A stretch of DNA of 49,290 nt from Candidatus Iainarchaeum sp. (GTDB taxonomy: Archaea; B1Sed10-29; WALL01): the NCBI GenBank assembly GCA_023129115.1, contig JAGMCR010000006.1:1-49290 (forward strand). Direction: 5' to 3'. Both the position numbers and the translations under genes were made by a program. The first letter of the stretch is position 1; each line of letters begins with the position of its first letter. The notes beneath the pieces were generated by a model. That model was not told where the DNA came from. It worked only from the letters and a program-made list of their open reading frames with translations, and ran no database searches. Of this stretch, positions 38,486-48,044 are shown in pieces.

Positions 38486-39424
38486 GGTGCACACAGCCGC
38501 CTGCGCGAGCAGCAGCCACAGCACGAGGCTTTTTTCGGTTGGCTTCCCCAGCAGCTTAATCGCCAGATAATGTATGTTGAATGGGTGGGGCGCGGTGAGC
38601 CTGCCGTCCTTCGCCATGCCGCTGAACTTCTTCTTCTTTGTCCCGGTCGCCATGCGGGCGAGCATCAGCACGAGGTTGATGAAGTAGAGCGCGAACATCA
38701 TGAAGCCTGCTTTTTCCATGTTTCCGATTATCACGGCACTCGCGATTAATGCACCTATTTGGAGTGTCCCCGTGTCGCCCGGGAACACCTTGGACGGGTG
38801 CCGGTTGTACTTCAGGAAGGCCAGCAGCGCGCCGAGCATCGAAACGAGGAGGATTGCGGCAGTAGCTGAGCCGGTGTTGAGCGCCACCAGCAGAAGCGAG
38901 AAGATTATGAGCGAGCCAAGCCCGGCTTCCATGCCGTTGTATCCGCCGACCATGTTTACCGCGTTGGCGGCACCGGTCACACCAAGGGGGATGAGCAGGA
39001 GTATGTACACAGCGCCCAGGTCGACGGCGCCCACCGCCGGCAGCGTCACTATTGTGCTCCCCGCTCTGACCGCCATGAGCGGCACCGCGGCTATGAGCGG
39101 CAGGAATATTTTTGTCCTCCACCTTATCCTGAAGAGGTCGTCCACGATGCCGACGATGCAGATGAGCAGCACGCTGCACACCGCGGCGAACAGCGGCACC
39201 AAATCGGCGCCACCGCTGAACATGCTTGTCGCAGCAAAAAGAAACGCACCGAGGCAGAACCCGAACACAATTGACAGGCCGCCCATCTCGGCGACCTTTG
39301 GCTTTCCCTTCTTGTGCATGTCCCTGCCGACAAAGCCATACTTGTGCGCCTTTTTTATCAGCTTGGGCGTGGCGAGGTAGGTCGCCAGGAAAGCCGTGAT
39401 GAAGCAGGCTGCCAGCATAATCAT
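38465..39424 (-). CDS. aglH: UDP-GlcNAc:dolichyl-phosphate GlcNAc-1-P transferase (AglH/Alg7-like)
   Basis: GRDMHK, EMGG, GIVDD, NAVNMVGGYNGME, VFPGDTGT; ATG overlaps the aglB stop. Confidence 0.8.
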   Translation of the reverse strand: MIMLAACFITAFLATYLATPKLIKKAHKYGFVGRDMHKKGKPKVAEMGGLSIVFGFCLGAFLFAATSMFSGGADLVPLFAAVCSVLLICIVGIVDDLFRIRWRTKIFLPLIAAVPLMAVRAGSTIVTLPAVGAVDLGAVYILLLIPLGVTGAANAVNMVGGYNGMEAGLGSLIIFSLLLVALNTGSATAAILLVSMLGALLAFLKYNRHPSKVFPGDTGTLQIGALIASAVIIGNMEKAGFMMFALYFINLVLMLARMATGTKKKKFSGMAKDGRLTAPHPFNIHYLAIKLLGKPTEKSLVLWLLLAQAAVCTLVLVVV

Positions 39425-41652
39425 GGGTAGTTCACCTTGTAGGCAACGACTTCCTCGTTCGGCACCCACTCGTTCTCGACAAGCTCGTGGTGCTTGAAGC
39501 CCGGGTCCTTGAAGAATATCCTGAATCCGTACATGTAGTTGATTGGCGCGTCGTAGAGCAGCTGGTTCCGGGCCTTGAAGAACATTATCCTGTCGTCGGG
39601 CTGGCCGTAGACGCGCAGCGTCATCGCGCCGCCGCCATTGGGCGCGCTGATGGTCAATGGGTAGCCCGGCCACGGCGTGGCCTTGATTTCGTCCCACTCG
39701 CCTTCGGTGAACTGGATTTCCGTGCCCTGGATGAAGCTGCAGCTGTAGTACTCCTCGTCCCCGAAGTCGGACTTCACGGTCTTCTTCTTGCACTTTGTTA
39801 TCCCAATTTCGCCGGAGTAAGTGTAGCCGTAGCCGCACGTGGCCTTGGAGACCTCAGCCAGCTGCGGGAACTTGAGGCCGTACGCGTCGAGCGTCCTCGT
39901 CGGGATGCACTGCCTGTTCGCGATGTACGTCAATGCGCCCCACTTCTGGTAGAGCAGTATCCTGTCAACACCTATGTGCGTGACCTGGAACTCCTCCAGC
40001 TGCGGCAGCACTTTTTCCTCGAGCTCTTCCGTGCTGTTGGCACGAAATTCCGTGAATACGCCTGCCACATTAGTGACTTTCGTGGTGTTGCGGTTCGTGT
40101 TGTCGACGATGGCGTGCCGCTCGCCTAGGAAGGCAGTCCAGTGGCCGTAGTCCCACCACGTGAGGAACGCAGTGTCTTCCGGCGTGGTGGTGAGCCAGTC
40201 CATCGCCTTGAACCACCCGTCCTGCACGGGATAGCTGGTCTTGAGCTGCTCCATCTGCGCGACTCCGATTGTGGTCTGGGCGAAGAGCAGCCCGAGCACC
40301 AAGAGGATGGCAAGCCGCTTCGGCCACTTGCCGAACCGCTTGCAGAGGCTTATCAGGTCGCCCATTACTATGCCAATCGCAAGCATGGCGGCGGGCGCAA
40401 AGAAGTAGTGCATCTTGTTCTTGCCCATGAACATTATCAGCGACGTAATCAGGAATACCGCCACGAGCACGTCGTAGCTATGCACTTTCTTCCACTTCAT
40501 GGCGGCACGGAGCGGGAAGTACGCGAGCGCGGCGATGCCGAATATGCCCACCAGCCCGAGGCTCGCGATGGCCTGCTCGAAGTTCACGGTCTTGTGCTCT
40601 GCGACAGTGTAGTAGAGCCGAGCCCGTTGCGAGCCGGGGTCAAGGCCGGAGAGCGTCTTTTTCATGATGAACTCGCCCTCGAGTACGCCCGCCGCGAAGG
40701 CGCCCAGGAGCAGCAGCGCCGCGATGCCCATGTAAATCTTTTTCTTTTCGACGCCGAACGCTTTTGCCTCGCTTTTGTGCTTGTGGTAGTTGAACCAGTA
40801 GTTCGCCAGCACGAGTATGAGGGCACTTCCGCTCATTGCGCCAATGACATAGATATTGTCCTGCGGCACGGAGTTGAGCAGGAATCCGATTACCGCGACC
40901 GGGATTATGCTTATCCCAAAGGTCTCTGTGGTCTGCTCAAGCGCCTTCCACTCCTTATTTATCACTGCCTTCAGGCCCTGCCACAGCACCATAGCGCATA
41001 CCAAAAACGCCGCGTACACCACGCCACGCCACGTGAGCAGCAGGGCGGTGAGCGCGAGGCCTGCGAACAGCCCATTCTTCCACCCCCCGCGCTTCAGCGC
41101 GTACACATAAGCGAAAAGGGCGAACACCACCAAGCTAATCCCGAACGCGTCTTCCTCGATTTCGGCGAACATGGTCTTGTACATGAAGTTGCTCTCGAAC
41201 ATGAACAGCACTGCGGCCGCGAGCCCGGCCTTCTTGCTGCGTATCTCCTTGCCCAGCAGGTACATGGACGCGACGCCGAACGCGCCGACAAACGGCATGA
41301 CCCAAGACACTGTTTTTACGAAGAGCTGGGTGTTATAGGCGAACGAGCCGGTAGTGACCAGTGCCACGAGCCAGTACGCGACAGCAAGCGTGTAGTGCCA
41401 CAAGTGGGGGTAGTTCGGGTACATGGGCATGCCCTCGGGCCAGTACGCCATGTATTCCCAGTCCGGGATGAACCCAGTCTTGACCAGCTCGCGCGCCACC
41501 CTTGCGTGGTAGAACGGGTCGAACTCGTTGATGTTTGGATAGGTCTGGCTCGGGATTGCGTAGAGCCCGAATGCGATGAACATAAGGGCCAGCAGAAGCA
41601 GTATCTCCAGCTTGTGCTGGTTCATTTTATTAATAATCTTAGCGCTGTCCAT
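39421..41652 (-). CDS. aglB: Oligosaccharyltransferase STT3/AglB
   Basis: EFDPFYH, YWPEG, EED, TVAEH, TWWDYGHW, DNT; multiple TM helices. Confidence 0.95.
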   Translation of the reverse strand: MDSAKIINKMNQHKLEILLLLALMFIAFGLYAIPSQTYPNINEFDPFYHARVARELVKTGFIPDWEYMAYWPEGMPMYPNYPHLWHYTLAVAYWLVALVTTGSFAYNTQLFVKTVSWVMPFVGAFGVASMYLLGKEIRSKKAGLAAAVLFMFESNFMYKTMFAEIEEDAFGISLVVFALFAYVYALKRGGWKNGLFAGLALTALLLTWRGVVYAAFLVCAMVLWQGLKAVINKEWKALEQTTETFGISIIPVAVIGFLLNSVPQDNIYVIGAMSGSALILVLANYWFNYHKHKSEAKAFGVEKKKIYMGIAALLLLGAFAAGVLEGEFIMKKTLSGLDPGSQRARLYYTVAEHKTVNFEQAIASLGLVGIFGIAALAYFPLRAAMKWKKVHSYDVLVAVFLITSLIMFMGKNKMHYFFAPAAMLAIGIVMGDLISLCKRFGKWPKRLAILLVLGLLFAQTTIGVAQMEQLKTSYPVQDGWFKAMDWLTTTPEDTAFLTWWDYGHWTAFLGERHAIVDNTNRNTTKVTNVAGVFTEFRANSTEELEEKVLPQLEEFQVTHIGVDRILLYQKWGALTYIANRQCIPTRTLDAYGLKFPQLAEVSKATCGYGYTYSGEIGITKCKKKTVKSDFGDEEYYSCSFIQGTEIQFTEGEWDEIKATPWPGYPLTISAPNGGGAMTLRVYGQPDDRIMFFKARNQLLYDAPINYMYGFRIFFKDPGFKHHELVENEWVPNEEVVAYKVNYP

Positions 41653-41715
41653 GCGTATACACCAAAACTCGCGTCGGCTAGTCTATACTATAGTGAGTAT
41701 AAAAAGCTTTTCCAC

Positions 41716-42105
41716 TCAGCACACGACGACCGCCTGGCCCACCTGGCCAGAGCCCACGATTACATAGGCCTTTCCCCGCGTGAGGCCCGCGTTGTTGAAC
41801 GTGACCTCCTTGCTGGCGCCCGGCATAATCGACACGCCGTTCACCGTAACCAGCCCGCTGTCGTGGGCGAGTGTCAAATTCGTGTCCACCCTCGTGACGT
41901 CCATGTTGATGATGGTGGCCTGCAGCGTGCCGGCGGCGCCGGGCGTGCAGCTAACGCGCCGCGCGCTTATCTGCTGGATGGTGGGCTCGTCGTCGCCGTA
42001 GCCTGCCGCGCTCAGGCCGCCAGCCCAGAAGTAAATGCTCGCGACCGCCGTCACTGCAATGGCAATCAAGAGCACCACGCCAACAACGGGCGAAATCCCT
42101 TTCAT
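41716..42105 (-). CDS. Archaeal type IV pilin-like protein
   Basis: Class III signal peptide MKG|ISPVVGVVLLIAIAV. Confidence 0.88.
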   Translation of the reverse strand: MKGISPVVGVVLLIAIAVTAVASIYFWAGGLSAAGYGDDEPTIQQISARRVSCTPGAAGTLQATIINMDVTRVDTNLTLAHDSGLVTVNGVSIMPGASKEVTFNNAGLTRGKAYVIVGSGQVGQAVVVC

Positions 42106-42215
42106 GCAACTAACTAGTGCTAGCTTGCTTAAATGCTTTTTGAAAAAAAGGGGTACTGCCCCACCCAGTCAAGGGCGGGGGGGTTCAAAAAAGCCGATTG
42201 GCAAGCCAATGGCCC

Positions 42216-42629
42216 TTAGCACGTAATGGTTGCTTGTGCAACACCAACCGGGCCAACGATAATGTAGCTCTTGCCGTCGGTCATGCTGCCATTCGCTAGG
42301 GCGCACGGGAACGTCAGTGCAACCTGCGCGCCTGGGCCAAGATCTGCACCGAGCGCTTCGACACAGCTCGCGTTGTTGGCAACCAGCGTGAAGTTTTGGC
42401 CAGTGGCTATCAAGTCAGTGCCGAGGTTCTGCAGCATAACCGTAACGTCCGTTGGAACGCCAGCGTTGGTTGCGCACGTGACGGTCTGCGCAGTAATGAT
42501 GTTCGGCGTGTCCGGGGTGGGCTGCTTCGTAGCGAGGCCACCTACCCAAAAGTACAGGCCGACTGCGGCAATGACTGCAATAGCGATCAAGAGCACTACA
42601 GCCACGATTGGTGAAATACCTTTTCTCAT
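42216..42629 (-). CDS. Archaeal type IV pilin-like protein
   Basis: MRKG|ISPIVAVVLLIAIAV; GGAGG SD; sequons NFT, NAS, NGS. Confidence 0.9.
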   Translation of the reverse strand: MRKGISPIVAVVLLIAIAVIAAVGLYFWVGGLATKQPTPDTPNIITAQTVTCATNAGVPTDVTVMLQNLGTDLIATGQNFTLVANNASCVEALGADLGPGAQVALTFPCALANGSMTDGKSYIIVGPVGVAQATITC

Positions 42630-42714
42630 GTTTTTCGCCTCCATTTTTGATTTCTTCAATCAAACAATTATTATGGGTTCACTACCCTTTCGGGTCATTC
42701 GTCTTGCCTTAGCC

Positions 42715-43047
42715 TCAGCAGTTGAACTGCGCTGCGCCGGTGGTGGCGCCGTAGACTGAGCCAGAGCCACTGACGTATGGTACGATGACAGTCTGTCCGG
42801 GTAATAGGTCGTCTGTAGTTGCCGACGTACTATTGCCGAAAAACAGTTCCTCGGTAATGGTCTCAGTCCCGATGTTTGTTATCGTCAGCGTGGTGCCGGT
42901 GCAGAGCGCTGTGATGGTCTTGGGCGTGCTGGGCGTCGGCTGCTTGGTAGCAAGGCCGCCTACCCAAAAGTAAAGCCCAACAGCTGCGATTACTGCAATG
43001 GCAATCAGCAAGACTACTGCCACAATTGGTGAAATGCCTTTTCTCAC
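42715..43047 (-). CDS. Archaeal type IV pilin-like protein
   Basis: GTG start after GGAGGTGA SD; RKG|ISPIVAVV; N-terminus identical to the neighbouring pilin. Confidence 0.88.
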   Translation of the reverse strand: MRKGISPIVAVVLLIAIAVIAAVGLYFWVGGLATKQPTPSTPKTITALCTGTTLTITNIGTETITEELFFGNSTSATTDDLLPGQTVIVPYVSGSGSVYGATTGAAQFNC

Positions 43048-43098
43048 TTTGTTCACCTCCATAGGGTTATTTAGGTAAACCGGTTACGGCGCGCGCAT

Positions 43099-46000
43099 TT
43101 AAAAAGCTTTCGCCTTGGCCACAAAGCCACCGGAAACGCCGTACGCGCCCAGGGACGGCAGAATTCGCTCAATATCCTTGATTGGGATGCCTGTTCGGCT
43201 CGACAGCTCGTCCAGGCTCATCCGCCCGTCCGGCTGCATCCTGGAAAGCTCTTCTGAAAGCGCCATGGCCTTGATTGACTCGCTGGACGAGATTGGCGCC
43301 GCCAGCTGGCCCCGCGCGGCCTCCAGCTGCTCCCTCGCCACAGAAGCCCGCTCGTCGCCGGTCCCGAACTCAATCTGCCTGGCCTTGCCCGCCAGCTCGC
43401 CAATCTTCTGCCGCGCCTTCTCAAGGTTCCGCTCGCTGATTGGCACAACGTGCTTTTCCGCCACTTCTTTCTCCAGCCTCTCGACCTCCCTCCCCACTGC
43501 CGGGGTCGGCCGCATCTTCGCGACATCGAGCGACTCCTGCACCTTCTCCGGCACGACAGACGTGGTCGTCTTGGCTTTCGCCGCCTGGATTTCCTTCTTC
43601 AGCTTCTCCCTCTCCCGCTTCATGCCATCGAGCGACTCCTTCAGTTCCGAGAACGCGCCCAGTTCTTCCTCGACGTGCTCCCTGCGCTCGATGGCTGCCT
43701 CGGCCTGCTCCACCGCCTTGCGCGGCAGCGTCGCGGCCCTCCGCCGCAAAGAGTTAATGTCAAGCTTAAGGTCCTCGAGCGCGGACCGCTCGTAGTCGAG
43801 CAACTGCCGCGCCGCCTCCATGTCGCCCTTCTTCGCCTGCGCGAGCGCCTCGGTCAGGCCGCGCTTGTCCAGCCAGAAGTCCAGCAAGTCCTCCTCGAGA
43901 TAGGCCAGCTCCTCCTCAAGCTCCTCGCTCACGCCCTTGTCCTCGTACTCTTCCCTGATGGCGCGCACCTTCTCCAAAAACTCGACGTAGTCCTCGTCCG
44001 CCTCCCCCAGCTGCTTCTCCAGCTTCTCGAGCGAGCCGACCGACACCCTCGCGACGACGTGCTTGGGGACCGGCATGTCCCGCACAATCGCCTTGCTGCT
44101 GTCCACGTCGCCCTGCTCGGCAGCCCCTTTGGCGAGCTGCACCCTGTCGCGGATGCGCTCCATGCCCTCCCCCGCCGCGTGCTTCTCCATAACCTCCAGT
44201 GCCTTCCGCACTTCCCCGATGTCGTCCGTGCCCACGACGTGCTCCTTGAGGTCGCTGATGTGGGCGTAAATCTCGTCCCGCGTCTTCTTCTCGAGCCGCT
44301 TTATGTCGGTGTGCACGCTCTCGACTTCCCTGGAGAGCGACTCCCTGTCCCCCTTGCCCTTGCCGACCTCTTTCTCGAGCTCGGCGAGCTCGCCCTTGAT
44401 TGCGCCGATGGTGGACTCCAGCTCCTTGCCCTGCATCTCGCCCGCCTTCGCCAGCGCCTTCTCGAGGTTGACCACCCTCTCCAGCAAGAGCTTGGACTTC
44501 CCGGCCTCGCGCGTCAGCTCGTTCACCATCGAATAAAGCTTGCCCACGCCCCCCGCCAGCTCGTCGAGCTGCTCCTGCCGCGCCTCGCCGTAGCGCAGGC
44601 CCTTCTGTATATCGTCCATGGTCCTGCTGACCGAGCCAATTGACCTGGCCAGGGTCTTGAGCTCTTCCGGCGTCTCGCTCTTCAGCCTCTCCATCTCGGC
44701 GTAGAGCTTGTCGATGCGCTGCACCAGCTTGGGCGGCAATTCCTTCGCGTCCTCGCGCGCCTTCGCGATTTCGCCGCGCAGCCCGTCCAGCTGCAGCCTG
44801 ATTTTTTTCTCGCGCTCGTCGCGCATGGCCTTGAACACTTCCTTGGCGTCGCCGAGCTCGCGGTCCAGCGTCATGGTCTTCCTGTCGAACTCCGCCTCGA
44901 CTTCGGCGAGCCTCGCCCGCTGCTCCCCAAGCATCTTCCTGAAGTCCTCGCTGCCCATCGCCTTCTCGAGTGTGGCCGCCTTCTCCTTGGCCTCGCCCAT
45001 GTCGCGCCGCAGCGCCTCGAGCGCCTTCATGGCCCTGGCGTCCCGCGTCTTGCCCGCGCCCTCGCTCTTCTTCAGCTCCGCCTCAATCCCGCGCGCCCGC
45101 TCGTCGAGCGCCTCGGTCGCCGTGGAAAGCCGTGTGCCCAAATCCTTGAGGGTGTCGAGCCCCGCCTTCTTGTCCCGCATCCGTGAATAGCTCTCGATTA
45201 CCTCGACCGACTTTATGCTGCGCCTGAGCCTCTTGAGCTCGTCCCGCATCTTGCCTGCCTCGGCCTGCAGCTCTTTTACCTCGCCGTAGTGCGCGGCCTT
45301 CCCCGCCATGTCCTCGAGCGCCTCGACCTTGTTCTTCAGCGCCTCGTGCTCGCTCTCCCCCCTTGCCGCGACCTCTAGGCTCCCCTCGGTCACGAGCTGC
45401 CGCGCCAGTACGTCCACCCTCTTCTTGAGTGCCTCGTCGCCGTACGCGCTCGCGGCCTGCACGCTCGCGAGCTGGTGGCCGAGGGTGTCCAGCTCTTCCT
45501 TGAGCACGTGCACGTCCCCGCTCTCCATGAGCCGGTCCGTCAATTCGTCTACCCTCTTCTCGATTTCCTCTTCAGAAACAGCGGGGATGTGCTCCCGGAT
45601 TTCCTCGATTTCCTGGTCTAGCTCGCCCGCGCGCCTGACGAGCCGGTCTAGTATCTCCCGGTTTTCTGCACCGTCAGCTTTTTTTTTTAGCTCGCTGGTG
45701 AGCCGCTCGTCCAGTGTGTCAATCTCGTGGTGCAGCGCCTGCACGCTCTTGGCCGGCATGCCCTTCTTGAGCTCCGCCAGCTCGTCGTTGATGCGGCCAA
45801 CCTCGGCCACCGGCGACTTGGCGAGCTTGTCCTCGAACAGCTTCAGCTTCTCGAGCACCATGTTCAGGTCGACCATCTTCTTCTCGAGCGACTCGATTTT
45901 CATGTGCGTCTGCGTGAGTATCTCGTCGTCCTTCGCGCTCAGCGTGTCGCGCATCAGCCCAATCTGCTTCTTGAGCTCGCCCAGCCCGGACGTAGCCGCC

Positions 46001-46785
46001 TGCATCTCGTTGACGTGCTGGCCGAGGTTCTCAATCGAAGAGTGAATGTTCCCGAGCCGTTCGTTCAGGGACTCGGTCTGCGTCTTCAGGCTGCTCACCG
46101 CCGCGTCCGCGCCCTCGCCGATGCCCCCTGTCCCAATGCGCTTCAGTTCGCTCCCAAGGTTCGCGACGTCGACCTTGATTTGGTCGAGCTCCTGGAGGTA
46201 GGGCGGGCTCTGCATCTGCTCCATAATCATGTTGATTTTTTTGTTGAGCTCCTGGTAGTGCGAAGTGTGCGAGCGCTCGAAGTCGTCCATCTCCTTTTTG
46301 GTCGCGGCCTCGCCCCCCGTCTTGTCCAGCCCGTCTTTGATGCCGGTCAGGACGTCCATCACGTGCATCTGGGACTGTGCCAGTGACTTCACGAGGTCGT
46401 CAACGTTCTCTCCCTCGACCTCTTCCATGCTCGACACCAGGGTGTCCAGCAAATAGTCGAACTTGTCCATCATGCGCCTTGTTTCTTGAAGGTTCCGGTC
46501 AAGCATCTCGTAAATCTCGTCGTCCCTCGCCGACACCCTCTCCTCGCGCCTCTCGTCCCTCTCCTCGCGCCTGTCGTAGCGCGGCTCGCGCCTGTCGTAC
46601 TCCCTCGGCCTGGCTGGCCTCTCGTACTCGTCCCCGCGCCTCACGTACTCGCGTTGGCCCTTCGGCCGCGGCCGCCGCCTCGCCTTCTTTTCCATGAAGG
46701 TGTCGAGCTCGGCGAGCTGGGTCCGCAAAGTATCCTGGTCGCGCTTAAGCGCCTCTATCCTTGCGCGTGCCTTCTCATTGACCAT
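43099..46785 (-). CDS. Very long coiled-coil protein (1228 aa) with R/E/D low-complexity segment and C-terminal HTH-like end
   Basis: Heptad-rich E/K/L composition throughout; no Walker A, signal peptide or TM seen; ends MSLDELSSRTGIPIKDIERIL. Confidence 0.8.
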   Translation of the reverse strand: MVNEKARARIEALKRDQDTLRTQLAELDTFMEKKARRRPRPKGQREYVRRGDEYERPARPREYDRREPRYDRREERDERREERVSARDDEIYEMLDRNLQETRRMMDKFDYLLDTLVSSMEEVEGENVDDLVKSLAQSQMHVMDVLTGIKDGLDKTGGEAATKKEMDDFERSHTSHYQELNKKINMIMEQMQSPPYLQELDQIKVDVANLGSELKRIGTGGIGEGADAAVSSLKTQTESLNERLGNIHSSIENLGQHVNEMQAATSGLGELKKQIGLMRDTLSAKDDEILTQTHMKIESLEKKMVDLNMVLEKLKLFEDKLAKSPVAEVGRINDELAELKKGMPAKSVQALHHEIDTLDERLTSELKKKADGAENREILDRLVRRAGELDQEIEEIREHIPAVSEEEIEKRVDELTDRLMESGDVHVLKEELDTLGHQLASVQAASAYGDEALKKRVDVLARQLVTEGSLEVAARGESEHEALKNKVEALEDMAGKAAHYGEVKELQAEAGKMRDELKRLRRSIKSVEVIESYSRMRDKKAGLDTLKDLGTRLSTATEALDERARGIEAELKKSEGAGKTRDARAMKALEALRRDMGEAKEKAATLEKAMGSEDFRKMLGEQRARLAEVEAEFDRKTMTLDRELGDAKEVFKAMRDEREKKIRLQLDGLRGEIAKAREDAKELPPKLVQRIDKLYAEMERLKSETPEELKTLARSIGSVSRTMDDIQKGLRYGEARQEQLDELAGGVGKLYSMVNELTREAGKSKLLLERVVNLEKALAKAGEMQGKELESTIGAIKGELAELEKEVGKGKGDRESLSREVESVHTDIKRLEKKTRDEIYAHISDLKEHVVGTDDIGEVRKALEVMEKHAAGEGMERIRDRVQLAKGAAEQGDVDSSKAIVRDMPVPKHVVARVSVGSLEKLEKQLGEADEDYVEFLEKVRAIREEYEDKGVSEELEEELAYLEEDLLDFWLDKRGLTEALAQAKKGDMEAARQLLDYERSALEDLKLDINSLRRRAATLPRKAVEQAEAAIERREHVEEELGAFSELKESLDGMKREREKLKKEIQAAKAKTTTSVVPEKVQESLDVAKMRPTPAVGREVERLEKEVAEKHVVPISERNLEKARQKIGELAGKARQIEFGTGDERASVAREQLEAARGQLAAPISSSESIKAMALSEELSRMQPDGRMSLDELSSRTGIPIKDIERILPSLGAYGVSGGFVAKAKAF

Positions 46786-46819
46786 CTCGCCCCCAATAAA
46801 GCAGCGTGCATTTAAAAAG

Positions 46820-47956
46820 CTAGCGCCCGAGCTCCTTGTGCGCCCTGGCCAGCTGGTGCGACGCCTGCGCAGACATTCCCGAGACCTCGCCCGCGAGGCA
46901 CGCGGCACAAATCACTTCCGCGAGCTTCACCGCATTGCTGCCCGGCGGCTCTCCCGAGCCCGCGAGGCCGACCATTTCAAGCGCCTCGTGCTGCGTCGCC
47001 AGGCCCGTGCCGCCGCCGACCGTGCCAACTTCCAGCGCGGGCAGCTTCAGCGAAACGTGTACTCCCCCCTCAACCCTTTCGAACAACGAGAATCCAATCG
47101 ACCCGTTCACGGACTGCGCCGCGTCCTGCCCAAGCGCGATGTACATCGCCGCAATCACGTTCGCGACGTGCATGTTGAACCCGTACGACCCGGCCTGCGC
47201 GCTCCCCAGCATGTTCTTCCGGTACGCCAGGTCGACCAGCAGGTCCGACGTCGTCTTCAGTACTTCTTCCACGACCTTGTCCGGCAGCACAACTTCAGCC
47301 AAAACGGTCTTGCCCCTCCCCTCAATCATGTTGATTGCCGCGGCCTTCTTGTCCACGCACATGTTGGCGCTCGCGCTGATGTACTCCGCGCCCGTCTTTT
47401 CGGCAATCCACTCGCTGGCGTTGTGCACCCCGATAGTCACCATGTTCATTCCCATGGCGTCGCCGGTGAAGCACTCGAACCTGAGGTAAACATTCCTCCC
47501 CACAATCCACATCTTTATCTTCTTGACCTTGAGGAACCGCGAGCCCTCCCCGGTCTTTGCCGCGACCTCTTCGAAGTGCGAGTTCACCCAGTCCACGAGC
47601 GCCTTGGCCTCCCCAATGCCCTTGACCCTGAACAGCGCGCTCCGCGTCATCCGGTCCTTGATTACGATTGCCTTGGCGCCGCCGGCCTCGTTGATGGCGG
47701 TGCACCCCCGGTTCACCGAAGCCACCAGCGCGCCCTCTGTGGTCGCCAATGGAATAAGCCTTTCCTCGCCATTGACCAGAAGCGGCCCCGCTGCGCCGAG
47801 CGGCAGCTGCGTCGCGCCTATGAGGTTCTCGACGTTTTTCTTCATCGCGCTTTCTTCGTCGAACGTGAACCGCGAGACGTGGTCGAGCTTCACCCCCGTC
47901 GCTGCCTCGATTGCCTCCCTCCTCTCTTTGGCGTCCTTCATTTCCCTGAGCTTCAT
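46820..47956 (-). CDS. hmgA: HMG-CoA reductase (class I)
   Basis: ENLIG, LATTEGALVASVNRG, DAMGMNM, GQDAAQ, GTVGGGT, AHKELGR. Confidence 0.97.
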   Translation of the reverse strand: MKLREMKDAKERREAIEAATGVKLDHVSRFTFDEESAMKKNVENLIGATQLPLGAAGPLLVNGEERLIPLATTEGALVASVNRGCTAINEAGGAKAIVIKDRMTRSALFRVKGIGEAKALVDWVNSHFEEVAAKTGEGSRFLKVKKIKMWIVGRNVYLRFECFTGDAMGMNMVTIGVHNASEWIAEKTGAEYISASANMCVDKKAAAINMIEGRGKTVLAEVVLPDKVVEEVLKTTSDLLVDLAYRKNMLGSAQAGSYGFNMHVANVIAAMYIALGQDAAQSVNGSIGFSLFERVEGGVHVSLKLPALEVGTVGGGTGLATQHEALEMVGLAGSGEPPGSNAVKLAEVICAACLAGEVSGMSAQASHQLARAHKELGR

Positions 47957-48044
47957 GACGCTATTCTTTGCAGAGCCATTTAATAACTTAGCGCCGGCTT
48001 TTGACGATAAAACCCTTAAATACCTCCATGCCCCTTAACCACGC

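Noticed and set aside
39425-39838. N-terminal extension of the 457-aa AglH ORF
   Set aside because: Overlaps aglB in another frame; the start at 39424 fits ATGA coupling.
40141-42117. 658-aa plus-strand ORF and many other long antisense ORFs (e.g. 22632-23888, 46694-47983, 7087-8094)
   Set aside because: Shadows of well-supported opposite-strand genes in high-GC3 DNA; no recognisable motifs.
42670-42714. SECIS-like hairpin (ACCC-GAAA-GGGT on the minus strand) after a TGA-ending pilin
   Set aside because: Lacks the GAA/A internal loop with a lower helix; TGA is followed almost immediately by TAA; more likely a simple mRNA stem.
43099-46785. SMC/Rad50 ATPase
   Set aside because: No Walker A/B, LSGG signature or CxxC hook found.
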